Shown piece after piece: positions 12,630 through 26,752 of a stretch of DNA of 64,000 nucleotides (the stretch's first letter is position 1; the number at the start of each line of letters is the position of its first letter). Position numbers and translations under genes: made by a program. The notes beneath the pieces were generated by a model, which saw only the letters and a list, made by a program, of their open reading frames with translations, searched no databases and was not told where the DNA came from. The stretch is from Octopus vulgaris (lineage: Eukaryota), in the NCBI GenBank assembly GCA_951406725.2, contig OX597821.1, positions 101,618,001 to 101,682,000 of the forward strand, in the 5' to 3' direction.

Positions 12630-13400
12630 CTGAACAGACTCCAATGAGGCTGGTGCTGTTTTGTATGAGCAAGACATATGTAGTAAAACTGATAAAAAGA
12701 GTATGGTGAATTTGATGCAAGGAGTGGAAATTAAACATTTCAAACGCAGTCCTTCAAGGGAAAAGCTGAAAGGAAAGAAATTAAAGAGAGAAAGCAGAGT
12801 TTTACAAAAAAAAAAACAAAAAAAGAAACTGGCTGCAACTGATAAGGAACACATGACCATGTGAGGTTCATATGCAAAGAAGTGGAAGGAAAAACAGTGT
12901 AAGAAGGAAGAAGGAAAGAGGTTGAGAGCGAGAAGAAGGGAAAAAATGAGGTGAGATGGGAATTAACAGATAAGAAAGGGTTTTAGGAATTAAGAGGAAG
13001 TGTAAGAGTAGAAGGAAAACTGTCCATTTAAACCTGTTGGTGACATGGTGCTAAGCTTGAATATGAAACGTTCCCTCTGTTTCTTTGAGAATGTAGGTAC
13101 CTGGTGTATAGTGATGTGGCACACTGATAAGTGAGAGATGGAATGGCCTGGTGGCAACAGGTTGGCTACGCATACATAGTAGCAGGCACCAAATATGCTC
13201 CTGAAAGAGATCTACAAGGCACCAGGCCATTTCTTCAATGTAAAGGGCACCACAAAGTTTGCATATGATACAATATATAAGGTTAGACAATGTGTAACAA
13301 GGTTCTGAACAATATGATGTTGTCTTAGGTCCAGTGATGGTTGTAGTATGGTTAATGCATTTAATACAAATGTTTCTCATAGATATGTAAGAAAACCCTT
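12630..13400 (-). mobile_element. Penelope-like element relic with GIY-YIG endonuclease remnant
   Basis: ORF 13051-13380 contains SNLIYCIICKLCGALYIEE...LVDLFQEH, matching the PLE motif NLIYxIxCxxCxxxYIGETxxxLxxRxxEH. It is followed by a CT-rich 3' region. Confidence 0.75.
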
Positions 13401-13446
13401 ACATAACACTACCTTCTGCATTTATATATATATATGTTTGAGTTGT

Positions 13447-13675
13447 GAAGGTGGCAAGCTGGTAGAATTGTTAGCGCGCCGGGCGAAATGCTTAACAGTA
13501 TTTTGTCTGCCGCTACATTTTGAGTTCAAATTCTGCCTAGGTCGACTTTGCCTTTTATCCTTTCAGGGTCGATTAAATAAGTACCAGTTACGCACTGGGG
13601 TTGATGTAATTGACTTAGTCCCTTTGCCTGTCCTCGTTTGTCCTCTCTATGTTTATCCCCTTGTGGGCAATAAAG

Positions 13676-13677
<2 letters not shown>
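13447..13677 (+). mobile_element. Well-preserved copy of the Meta-SINE-like family
   Basis: A-box tggtagaattgttagc, B-box gagttcaaattc and core gccttttatcctttcagggtcgattaaataagtaccag; flanked by (TA)n. Confidence 0.85.
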
Positions 13678-13711
<34 letters not shown>

Positions 13712-13717
13712 GTGCGC

Positions 13718-13750
<33 letters not shown>

Positions 13751-13973
13751 AAATACATTATAACATACTAGGTATATGATATATAACAAAAATCAGAAAG
13801 CTACATTGTTGAAAAATCCATGTCACTACTTAGTTGTTTAGCCTGAGAAAGCCCTGATCTAGCAAACTTATGGTTAAATATATTTCAACCATGAACAACC
13901 CATAATAAACTTTGAGTAATAAATAACTTCCTTGTTTGAAACAAGATATGACATTCTTAGTCAAAGCTATTCA

Positions 13974-14210
13974 ACCTTTTTGATACCACATTTTAATCAG
14001 AAAACACTGCATAAATGTTTTATTAATTAAAATATGAACTGACAAATTAGAGAGATTTAGTAAAATATCCATCATTATTAAGCTGATTTTGGGGATGTAA
14101 CTTAACAAAAGGATCTTGCATAAAACTTTGATGGAAAGTCATTGTTTAAAGATGGATATTTTTGTATTAGAACCAGAAGTAGTCTCAGGAAGGTTGGTAT
14201 CAAAATTGTT
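13974..14210. mobile_element. Decayed piggyBac-like MITE
   Basis: Inverted ends ttttgatacca / tggtatcaaaa followed by ttaa. Confidence 0.5.
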
Positions 14211-14619
14211 AAGAAAATTCAGGAAATTTAAATTTTAATTGCCATGGGGCATTTACGATATTTTTCATAAAAATTATCAAGAAATATTAATTTGATATGA
14301 TGGAACAAGGCTACAAATTTGTATAGAATAGATATAATAAATTGACCTTGGTATCAGTCTTCATGATCCTAGAGAGAGATAAATGCAAAGCTTGTTCCAT
14401 AAGTATCTCAACTCAGAACATAAAGGAAAAAATTAAATATTGCAAGGTATTTAGTCCAATGACTACTGTTTCTTCAGACTTGCTAGTCTGTGAGCCTGAA
14501 ATAACATTTGATCAGCTACCAGTGAAATGAATTAGCAATCTGTTAAAATGCAACAATATTTTCAACCAGAATTTAGGTAGATGTGAGAATTTTTCTATTT
14601 CAAGGAAGAGTATGCATAA

Positions 14620-15250
14620 ATTAAGAATATGTCTAAAACTAATGGTAATAATTATGTGTTTATGGATATGATTGTTAGGACTGATGGTCTGAGAAGGGAA
14701 GAAAATCTTTCCTAACACTTGTTTGTATACAATCATCAAGAGAAGGTGAGCCACTGAGAAGGTCATGAAGAGCAAACAAAAGGACTTTGACCATCACACA
14801 ACCGAGTGATTGTTTAACCAGTGCATTAAATAAATGACTAATTAGTTAGATATTTAACCAATTGACTAACAATACAGAAGTGATATTGAGCAGTGTGTTA
14901 TTATTATTGGTGTAATAACCCTTCCAAGATACAAGATTTGTTTCAACACACAAATTCATAACAAGAATCTTGCAAACTAAATGCAAAAATGAAGTATAAT
15001 ATAAAAGTTTTAAATTGTTAATTTGGAGTCAGGTCATCATGAAGAATTCTTAGTTTAAAAAATAATTTAGGATGCAAAATTGCTCTCCTTAATTAGGTAG
15101 AGGATTCATGATGTAAGGTCAGTCAATGAAAATTGCTGTTTCAGGTACAGGTGCTAACTTCAATTAACAAACAGAAAGCGAATTTATGCCTCTGAAGAGC
15201 AGCCAGCATCTAGCTGGTGAAATGAATAATATTCTTGAATTAATCTGCAT
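14620..15250 (+). mobile_element. Probable Penelope-like relic, also present rearranged at ~7335-7680
   Basis: Shares cccttccaagataca...ttcaacaca...caagaatcttg..aactaa.t.caaaaatgaa with 7590-7670 (direct) and 7340-7395 (inverted). Ends in a CTGAAGA...GAAA motif. Confidence 0.45.
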
Positions 15251-18200
15251 AATAAATTAGATTTATTAGTTTTCAATATTTAAAAAATAATTTAGGGTAT
15301 TTAAGTTATTTTTACCAGAAAGAATGCATAATTTCTTTTACGTGATTTTTGAAATATTAAAAAAAAAAAAAAAAAAAATCAAAGCAAAAATAAAGTCTTA
15401 TAAAATGTAAAGATAAACATTACTACAGATGTTGATTTGCTGCAAGTTTTACTCACTGGATTTTGTTCATGAAAACACCTCAAAATGATAAATTACTTGA
15501 CAATTTTTCAGTATTCCAGCTACTTACAGCAGTAACCTATACCTACTGATGGTAGATATTTTACAGTTAAGTGAATTGGTGATCATTAACAATAAAGAAT
15601 TATTTAAGCACAGCTGGTTTCATAAAAATGTTTAATCTTCAGTTGTTAGGAAATAACTATCTTCCAAACCATAAAAGCCTCAAGATCCCATCTTTACCTT
15701 TTGCTTTAGAGTGCTAAACAGAGGAGAGTCAAACCATCCACTGAATAAGAGTGCTAGTTTATCATATAACATTCTTGGATGATTTGGTACCTATTCCTGA
15801 TACCTAAGAATGTAGAACTGAATGTTCTGCTTTAAACATACAATGATATGCCTGCAGTGGGTTTGAACTCAAGACCTTTGAACAGATAAATTATATTCAT
15901 TTGGTGATTATATTTCTATTTCAGTTAATGGATACATAATGATTTGGCCAGCTGCAAGTCAGTGAAATAGAATAATATAGTTAAAGCTGTCGTCAACTCT
16001 AGCCTGAGATACCAAACTGTATAAATTAAGAAAATAACATCAAAATTTCTTGGAGTAAATAAATAATGGTTATCTACCATTTCAGTACAAATGATTTTGA
16101 ATATAGAGACTATGTAAGCTTATGTACTAAAATCCTTCTCTTGGTTTTTCTAGTAGAAAATAGAACACTGGTTTCATTTTAACTGATTAACAAATACAAC
16201 TGATTTTTACTATCTGATAATAAATCTATGTGAAAATATGAACAACAAACTGTTTTGTCATTTATTTTTGAAATTCAGAAATGTGAAATTAAGATCTTAA
16301 CATTAAGAGTCAGTCTTGTTGGAAGGTGTGACCCTTTATCAGTAAATTGTTCATCTTACAATTCAGCATTAGATTTTAGGCTGTAAAAATAGGGAAGGTA
16401 ATAGTGATATTGGTGATGGTGATCATATCAGGAAGAACATGCGTATTGTAGGAATAATCTTTTTATAGTATATATTAGGGTAAACACTTATGTGCTGAGG
16501 GAACTACAGTACTCCATCTTCAAATGCAGGAGTTGATGTCTCATCAAGCAGTGAAGCAGCTCTGTAGACCTTTCAACTCCTTATATATATTATTTCATTA
16601 ACTTAATATTGAGCTTGATACCTGATATGAATTGAAGCTAGAATTGCCTTTAAACTGAAAATTTCTTGGAATAAAGCTTTGCCAGAGATCAAGATTCTTA
16701 GTTTATATTTTCCTAATATTTACCAAAAGTAAATTGTTTCATTCTTTGTTTAAGTTCCAATTGATAGAGAGTCAAAAAAAAAATTCAACATTAAAACTAC
16801 AAAACTACTCACTTGCTGAGGATTTACTATCATTTGGTCTTGAATTTTATTGTTTGTAAAGTTTCTTGTTGAGAAATAAAGAGGCTAATCAATTTGACAC
16901 TTAATCATATGGTTTCTTTTGTTAATTATTTATTAATTCTTACTAAGAATATACTTTACAACATAATATCACCAAAAGAAATGAGATGCTATAGTGGTTT
17001 TAATCAATCACAGAATCTTGGTATTGTTTTGAGCCTTTGAAGTGTAAAACTCAGGTGCAGGCATGATTTTATTGTTCAGAAGTTTGTGATTTGGGGTTTG
17101 ATTTCACTGTGTGGTACACTGGGTGTTTTCTCCCATGATCTTAGATCAACCAAAGCTTGGTGAATGAAATTTAAAGAAGCGCAATGAAGAGGTAATTTCT
17201 CATCTTGGATGGATCTGAAGTCCACTCTGTTGCAAGCATTTAGGTTAAGTCCCCAGCCTGAGGATGACTTACTTTCTCCCATCAGTTCTCAGGTCCTGAA
17301 AAATAAGGTGAATGCTGCCTTTTCTCTTCCAACTAAGTGATAAATTATTTTAAAATTTGATCATGCACAAGCTTAAATTTGTATAACCAGCTATTCCATG
17401 TTGGTAAAGAAAAGTGAATATTGAAGTAAATAATAAATAAAAATGTTTCTAATTAATGGATTAAGAAGTTAGTTCGTGTAAATAACAAATTTGTTGAATA
17501 TGAAGAAATGCTTGATATAATTTAGAATTAACCTATATTAGCTATTATTCTGGTAGTTAATTGAAGCAATAACTTGAAAGATTAATACAACATATGATCA
17601 AGTTAATAATTTTAAACAATCAGGAAACCTCTAAAAATATGTAATGGAAACAAAATTGAATTACTTGTATATTAGTCTTAACGAATATTAGTTATTATAT
17701 AAAAAATGCTTCTCCTGTGTTTAATTCTCAAATGTTTCCAATATCTTGTCTTCAAAAGAAACAATTCTTTGTACAGTAAATTTGATGCAGTCTTTACCAA
17801 ATTCATTTAGATGTTTCATGACATATGGTTTGACAGTGGTGTCTCATGGTTCTAATTTATTTTCATTTCATATGGTAGAATCAATAAAATAAGAAATGGA
17901 ATGGATCCAGATGACTATATTCTTTTCCTTACAAAACAACAAAGTATTGTCCTTAACAAAGGCTGCCGCTATCATTGCTGTTAATGTTTTTACAGCAGTA
18001 TAGATCAGATTGCTTTTCAAATTTGAATGCTCTCAAAACCATTAATCTTGAACTAAGAAGTGAAGGTAACATAATTAACTAATTAAAATTACACCCATAA
18101 TGAAGAGAAAAATCATTAGTTTTTAATGATTAATTCTCGTCAAGAACAGCAAGAGGAAAAAATTCCAAAACACAAACTAATTAACAATTGAATGGTAAGA

Positions 18201-18268
18201 GAAAGCATGAAGTGAGACTGATATTTTCAGCTTCATTGCTTGATGAAGAGCAATTTGCTTCATCTTAA

Positions 18269-18601
18269 TCCTTTAACTGTAAAAATAAATTTCATGATTG
18301 TTCCAGTAATGATGTTAAATATCTACAAAAAAAAAAAAGAAAGAAAAGAATTTGTATTTTCTGTAATTCATGGTTATGCAGCTCAGAAGTTTACTTCATA
18401 AGTATGTGGTTTTGGGGCTTAATCTCACTGTGTGGCACAGCTGAATAAGTGTTTTCTACCATAACCTCAGGTCAACCAAAACCTTGTGACTAAAAATTTG
18501 ACATGTTTTAACAAAAGGTAGATTGGTATTAAAAGTGCTCTCTGCAGTTAAGGGTAATGAAATTTTAAGTGGATGTATCTGATTTATTTGCAGTGAAAGG
18601 G
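18269..18601. mobile_element. piggyBac-like MITE with nested SINE fragment
   Basis: ttaa|tcctttaactgtaaaaataaat ... atttatttgcagtgaaaggg|ttaa inverted termini. Confidence 0.6.
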
Positions 18602-19114
18602 TTAAATGAAATGAGCTGGCAACAGTAGTTAATCTCATGATATATTGTTATGCAAACATGGTTTAATAAAGAAGCCATTTTGGAGGTGATTTTACAACTC
18701 AGTAACATAAAAAAAAAAAAACACATTGTAATGTTAGTAACCAACAACCAGATTTTATTGGATTGGTTTGTGTAGAGTATATAGGAGGTCTTAAAATGTG
18801 AGTGTTCTGCTGTTGCCATAGAGAAAGAAATTTAAGCCAAGGAAGTCAAAATCAATAGCAACACTGGTTTTAGATCTATAACTGGTTGTGATCTTGTGAT
18901 CTCTGTTTTCAATGCGCATGTGTGTAAATATGAGAGAGAAGGGGAGAGAGAGAGAGATTAAATAGAGCAAATGTTTTTTTATCATATGACATTGCCAAAG
19001 ATAAGATTGTACCTAACCTCAGTCTATAATTTTATATTTGAGAAAAGTAGGAACTTCAAAAGATGCTACTCAAGTATTCTTTATATATTTATTATATATA
19101 CATAAATGATTATA

Positions 19115-19171
<57 letters not shown>

Positions 19172-22100
19172 GTGTGCCCCAACATGGTTGCAGTCCAATG
19201 ACTGAAACAAGTAAAAGATAAAAATATTAATAAAAGCTTCTAATACAACTTTGCATCAAATCTACCATCCTAATTTTAATAACAGTTGTTTCTTCCAGAG
19301 ATAGAACACTGGAGATATTTTAAGATTAGGAAAATGGGAAGCTGCAACATGTATGCCTTTGTAATAAATGTTAATGACATAATAACTTACTAAGTTTTAT
19401 CTAAAAATGCAACTTTTTAACTCAAATTCTATTCTAATTTAATTTTGTTTTCATTTCATAGCAGAGGTTTCTCAAGAGTTTGAAATATTTTTTAAAAACT
19501 TGAAAGCATAATTTATCTATCTTTTGAATTACTGTTTTAATAAACTTACAAAATAACTAATGAAGGTCAGCCCGAGCTGGTATAAAACACCTCTAGTATT
19601 CAACAAATTTGTTATCTTCATGAATCAGCTTCTTAATCCATGCATGTGTGTGTTTATAGATATATATGTTTTTATGTTCAGTTATAATAAAAACAATTTT
19701 ACATTCATCTGATGGCTTATTCCAAACTTTAGTAAAGTACAAATTCATTATTCTTAAACAAGAATATTATTGACAGTGCTGCATTGGAGTTAATCTTGGC
19801 TTTATATAGTTTTTATTATGTTAAAACCTACCTTCGATATGTGGGTTTGAGTGTACTGGTAATTGGGTTTTAGGGTAGCTTGATATGGAGAGGTGTTATG
19901 GAAAACTTTTTATTGACTAAAGTTGGGGTTACGTTATTGTTTTTTAGGGGTTGACAAAAGAATGTAAATATGTGGTATGTTTTAGCTGGTCAGTTTCTTT
20001 ACTTGTTGTGGTTATTAAGAGTATTTCCAGTTTGTATTTGGAAGGTGGGGGTTATTAGTCTGGATTATCATGGTGTTGTTAATATAGAAATTTGTTCATC
20101 TTTTGCTTTGATGTTTACAAAAGGATATGGGTAATTGTAAAGGTTGTTGGTCTGTATGTTTCTCTCTAGGTGTTCATTGTTCTATAAGCAATATGATTAA
20201 TATGTAGAAATTTTAACCTTTGTGTTTTATGGAGGTAGAGTTTGTAGAGTATGTGTTTATAAATATTTCTTCAATTCTGTTTCAAACATGAGTAATATTA
20301 TTTTTGTTTAATATGTGTGTGTGTGTGTGTTTATTCTTGTAAACCTCTGAGCAGGATAGCCATAGTGTTGGACTACTAATTACTAATTTTATAGAGAAGT
20401 GGCAGTCTGACATATAATAAACTAATAGATTGGTGGCTTCGTAGCAATGATTCTAATTATGCAGATTTGAAAGTGAATTTATTCATATAGCAAAACTAGC
20501 AAAGTTGGTCAGCACATAACTTTACAGTTATAGCCTTATAGTCAGAACAAAATTGTTATTGCTATATGCTTTTTTTTATTTATTATATGATATCTAACTC
20601 ATGATGAAGAGAGAAATCAATAATGTTAACTTCCATTCTCTCTGTACTGTAAGTAAAAGCTGAAATGGTGCAACAGTTGGTAAGGCAGCAGAAGCTTAGA
20701 ATCACACCACATTTCAGCCAAGAGATGTGCAGATAGTGAAGGGCATTTTAAAACACTAGAGGAAATCAAATAATTGATGAAATATCATTTTCTCTATCAG
20801 CAGATATTGGAGAGAATGTGATCTAGATTTGAGAAAACAACTGAGCAACCACAGAACAAGAGAGTGTGGTTTGTTAGTACAACAACTTGAATTGCAGGAT
20901 GATTGGAAAACAAGAAAAAAAGAAAAGGGAGCACATCAATGGCAGTGCAGTCAGTGTTTCATCGATATTGAAATTGATTATACCCTTCTTTTCAATAAAT
21001 ACTTTTGTTTTTACGAACTCTTATGAACAGGTCTTTCTGGTAACACAAGCGTAACTACTGCTATGGCTACTTTTATACAAAACATTAATTGTCTAAACCT
21101 TGAAAATGTAGACAAATAATTGCACACATTCAACCCTCATCACAGTCCCTTATAATGTTTATAATGGTTTTATAATTATTGTAGCTATTGTCATTAACGA
21201 TAGGAGCGAAATTTTGTTCTATCTCCTTACAATACAGGTATAATTTTGTGTTTATATATTTCCAGTTCACTATGTAAAGAGGTTGTTGATTGGAAGGGTA
21301 TGCAGCTATAGAAACTAAGATAAAAATTAAATGTATGAGAGTAAGATTGTATGATCAATCTAGAAAGGTAGTTACTCTGAATAAGAACTGATTTGAACTG
21401 TGACAACCCATCCAACCCATGCCAGCAGGGAAAGTAGACATAAAATGATGATGATGATGATGATATATATATTCCCTGATATTTTAGTTGAGGCAAATGA
21501 CCAGTTTTTTGGAAGAAATTAACAAATAGTTTTATTAGAAAACAAAATAAAATATTTCATAGCAATAAACAACAGCTGAAATTAATTTCAAAGATAACAG
21601 GATCAATAGATATGTTATGTTCAGGAAAAACTCCACACATATATACACTGGTATCATAAAAGTTCATATAAAATCTTTTTTTTAAGTGTGCTATTGTGTT
21701 GTTAATGAATAAGTATCTGTTGTAATATGAGGTGGATATATCAAAATCATCATCATCATCATTTAACATCCATTTTTCATGCTAGCATGAGTTGGATGGT
21801 TTGATAGGATCCTAAAAAATCCCATGGTTCCGTCAAGCTCCAATGTCAGTTTTGGCATGGTTTCTAAAGCTGGATGCCCTTCCTAACACCAACCACTTTA
21901 CAGTGTACTGGGTGCTTTTTTTCATGCATGAAAGCACTTTTTGTAATTAAACAAACCTATAACCTATACAAGACAAATAGTCAATGCATGGGTAGTAGTA
22001 ATTCACAAATCCATCACATGATTCTTTATTTCAGGAACATTATTAATTGTGATTTTGAAAAGCCAGAGGTTGAGAAGCTATCAATCGTTGCTAAATATTA

Positions 22101-23484
22101 ACTCAGAATTTTAAGTCATTTATCCATATAAAAATAACCTAGGCATTTTAGTATTTAACTATTAAGTCCCCTCTATTTTCAACCACTTCTGTTAATATTT
22201 AAGAGAGTTAGAGAGAATATATTTATAATCTGAATGTTGTGACTATATTTCAGTTGTTGAAAGCAAGGACAGCAAAACTTTATTTTACATCACCATTAAG
22301 AGTTGACTATGTAATAATATACGAACCAATTAAAGAAGAGCATATTATAACTTCAAATTTAGATATAATTACATAATTACTCTGAAGATTATCAACTTAA
22401 GTATGATATAATTTTGTTCAACAGCAATTGTATAAAACATAAATGGAAGAAGACCTAATGGTCTGGATTATGACACTAAGAAGTTTATAGTAGCCATTTG
22501 ATATTTGATATACTGTAAACAATTCCCTTTTGAAGGTCCTTTAAAAGAGTGGTGCTATAACAGTAAGAGTAGTTGTTTGTGAGTAGCACTATCACACAGT
22601 AAGACATTATTATGGATTAAGCTCATAATTCAGGATTAACACAACTACTAATTTATGAAATCCAGCAGTGTCTGTCAATGAATTATATTCATTTAATGAG
22701 ATCATCATTGCTGAATAATCAACAATTACTAATATATGATGGGTATTTCTATTGGATCAAGTACACTGATTTCATAGTTGAGAGAAAAATAACTAAAAAG
22801 CTAAATGCCTTATTACCAAGACCACTTTTCTCTACCACCATGTGATAGGGAAAAGTGGTTTTGATAGTAATGAAGTCATTATCACCTGGATTACTAAGTG
22901 ATCATTAATCTTATGGCTATCCTCCTCTTCATCATCATCATAACCATTTTCACTTCCAACATAACTAATATCAATAATATTGCATGGCCCACTCTGCCAT
23001 CAAGGATATTCATATTTGATCCTTATTTGTAATTAGGCTTACCTCGATTTTGTAAGAAGTAATATTGTCTGGTCACTGAGTGTGCAAAATGAAAAAAAAA
23101 AAGGGTAAAATGAAGAGTTATTTGTATAGAGCAACAAATAGAAAACCTAATCACACAGTTGCTCAATGAATAAAATCTATGAAAGATCAATTTTACAATC
23201 GTGCTGATAATAATTGATAGCTGACTAGATAAAAGAATACACATTTAGTGATATTAGGGATGTTTCATCTTAATAGATACAAAGCTGAAATGGGTCAGTG
23301 CTACAAGCTGAGTAAAATGAGGTGGAGGTAGCTGTATGGAGCTGCTTCTCATTTTTCCATCATCTTTCCTCCTTTTGTTCTCTTTGAGTTGTTAATCACG
23401 TATTTGACATGACTGGAGAAGCCAGTTTCATGCAATTACTCTATGGCATGTTAATGGTTACATTAAGGGATATAGTAAGGATCA

Positions 23485-23517
<33 letters not shown>

Positions 23518-23994
23518 GATATCTGCATAGATGATTTACTTGAAGCACCCAATTATAGGTAGAGCAATTTGTGAAGAAGTTATCTTCAGTTCCATGTTAA
23601 CAGTATAAGACAATCTCTTTAGCTTCATTGTTGCAGATTCCTGAAACAAGCCACCAAGCCAATATTATAGAAACACCATCTCAGAACACTTGGCTTCAAT
23701 TCAGGAGAAAAAAAAATAGGATTAAACAAATGCATGTTTTATCTATAATCTACAATGTTTTGTGTTGGCAAATGTTCAATGATGAAAATCATGGACATGG
23801 TCAATTGACTGAAGATAACACATGTTAGCTAACAACTACAGTATTTCACCCGAAGACATCAAATACAATGTATTTGTGTGATGGTTTTTTTCTCCCACAT
23901 TATAACAGCTGTTTGTTATAACTACTTTTTGTTGACTATTATATATTATTATCAGTGATTCTAGCAGGGATGAGGGGAAAATGAATAAAACCAT

Positions 23995-24192
23995 CCCTTT
24001 AGCATTTAAACCAGCTATATCCAGCTCAAATATTGTATCTTATTTCAAGTTCAAACCAGCCACACTCAACCTCTTGCATCTACCCTACAATGTCATTCTG
24101 AAAATAGACAATCGGGTCATTGAAATCTCAAATTCAAAACAATGCAAATAAATAAGCATTACATTTGACAGGGTAATCTGAATGCTAAAGTG
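23995..24192. mobile_element. Second, diverged copy of the 41636-41855 MITE
   Basis: ccctttagcatttaaacc ... gtaatctgaatgctaaagtg|ttaa; collinear with the 41.6 kb copy. Confidence 0.75.
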
Positions 24193-24751
24193 TTAAAAGT
24201 ATAATTTGAAAACGTTCTGTAGGAGCTTTAATGTTTTTTTCAAGTAAATTTAACAAGTTTTAGACAATATAAAAAGTAAGAAAAAAAGTCAAACTTCATG
24301 GATGGATTTTCACAAATTGAAATAAAAATGAAACCCATCATTTTTAAAAAGAATAAATTAAGAACTAATAAGCAATGTTTGAACTTATATTTATCATTGT
24401 ACCTTGCATATAAGTTGCATTTGTCATGATACAAAATTTTTCCCCTCTCATACTCAAACTTGATATCAGCTTTGCCCCATGTATAAGTCATACTCCAGAT
24501 TTTTCAGCTAAGACCAAGTATAAAACAGTGTGATTTCTACACAAGTAAATACAGTGAGTTTAATAAAAAAATAAATAAAATAAAGCAAACTTTAATCACC
24601 AATCACAGTATTTTTAATGACAAAAAGAAAGGAATAATTAAGATATTTGAAATTCTAAAGACAATATCCCTTCCAAAAAGGAATTAACTTCTGTTTTGAG
24701 TTAAAAAAAAAGCATAAAGAGAAGAATAAAAGTTGATTAAATCATACTCAC

Positions 24752-24976
24752 CCATATCTGTAGCTTTACCCGTTTATCTTGTCTGAAGACTGTCTTGACT
24801 TTAAAATCTATTCCAACTGTGCTTACAAAAGCAGATGTGAACGAGTCATCAGCATATCGGAATAAAAAGGAAGTTTTTCCAACACTACTGTTGCCAATAA
24901 TGAGCAATTTGAACATGTAGTCAAAGTTCTGGTCTGCTGCATCTTTTTGCCACTTGGAGTCATTTGCTGATGCCAT
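24752..24976 (-). CDS. Rab3: Rab3 small GTPase, main coding exon 1 (75 codons, [10 protein letters not shown]...KLQIW)
   Basis: Translation has the Rab3-typical [23 protein letters not shown]-loop and [12 protein letters not shown] effector loop. The acceptor ctttccttgcag abuts the ATG at 24976, and a GTGAGT donor follows TGG (phase 0). Confidence 0.97.
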
Positions 24977-26717
24977 CTGCAAGGAAAGTGGTAATTGATA
25001 ATTAATGAAATTTGTACAACTTAGATTTTGGTAAAATTAATGTCAACAACTGGCCATCACAGCAATTAAATTTGTTAGTGGTAAGTATAATATGCTTTTA
25101 TAACTTTGGCACAAGGTCACCAATTTGTAGATAGGGTTATAGTTGACAAAACATTCTATAATTACTGGTACATTACAGATAATTACTTTATAAATCCTAG
25201 AAGCTGAAAAGAAGATTTTAAAACATAGAATGAAAAAAAAAAATGTAATTAAACAATTCAAGGCATTTAGTCTACCATTCATTGTTCCTTGTGGTGGTTC
25301 TAATAATAATAGTCATGGTGACTATAGTTATAATAACAATGATAATCGGATGCACTTAAGAGAGAGTATACAATCATGCTAATATTCTTTATTACTGTTG
25401 CCATATCAATTTATTGACCATTCAGAAAATATCTTCCATTGGCTATCACGATTACTAAAATAGATGGGAAAAATTAACTGTTTTATGAAACTTTTAGTTA
25501 CCAAACTAAAACAGAGCTCATTCTAAAGATTCTAAAGATATCTAGCCATTCTATTACATTTTGATAAAAAAAAAAAACTTTAAAAAAATCCTTATTCTAT
25601 ATTTTTGGCTTGAGATACCTAATGAGGTCTAAACCTTGTTCAGAATATAATGATATGTTCAGTGTTCTGAACTAAATTGAAAAGAAAAATTGAAAGAATT
25701 GAAAAATAATACTCCTTCACATGAATATTCTCAAAGTTGGATTCTGACAGCCAAGCAGGAGGACAAATAGGTTTAATGTTGAGAATAAATAATGATCAGT
25801 GACCTACACAGAAAAGTTAAGAGCTTTTCATTCAGATAAGAGGAAGATTTACTATATTTAGTGAAAAGTTTGAATGTTACACCCTTAACCTTGATCATTA
25901 GTTATATATATATATTGTCAAAATAATTCTAAGGCTGCAGAATAATCTTTTTATCAGATATTGGTGTATTGCAGTGTCTAGTTGAGAAATAATTTTGCTT
26001 GACATGTGCAGTAAGATACAGTCCAGATAAGCTAGTTTATAATAAACCAATTCAAAAGGATAACTCAGACGGTTCTAAATAACAGTTTGAATTTGTACTA
26101 AATTATGGAACAGGTGTTAACAATTTCTCTGGCAAAAATTTCCTTGACAGATAGAAAATTTTTTTAAAATTCAACAAAATTTATTTTAAAAATGACAAGT
26201 AATTAATATGAATAGTTCATTGCAGTATTGAGCAATGCCGGTACAGTTTTATTAAAAGAAAGTTCTGAAAGAGATGTGTTTATTTTTTACATTAACTGAT
26301 AGCATAAAAAGTCTGAGTAAAGGGCTTAGTCTGAAATTCTCTTAATGTTACTGTATGCAACAAGCACTTGAAGAAAGGCTGGAAGGGCACATCAGCCAAA
26401 ACTTTGTGACTATAATAACTAAGATGAGGAAACTAATCTAATATGTGTGTCTGTGTGTGTATTTATATCTGCATATGTGTATGTGTACATATATCCTTTA
26501 ACACATATATTACTAAGATAGTAACATACAGACAACAGGCAGATTGGATCCTGAAACATCCAGAACAAAGAAAAGAAGAAGTCATGCTGGCCCTGCAGAA
26601 GACACAGGTTTTCACTTGTCTGAATTACTGCTCCAACTGTGGATGCTCAATAAGTGTCAGTTCAGCAGTTTAATTTGTTTGTCATCAGGTACCACAAATA
26701 CATATATTTGTTTTATA

Positions 26718-26752
<35 letters not shown>

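Noticed and set aside
19690-20290. Possible additional Penelope GIY-YIG relic on the minus strand
   Set aside because: Composition is suggestive, but motifs are too decayed to support a call.
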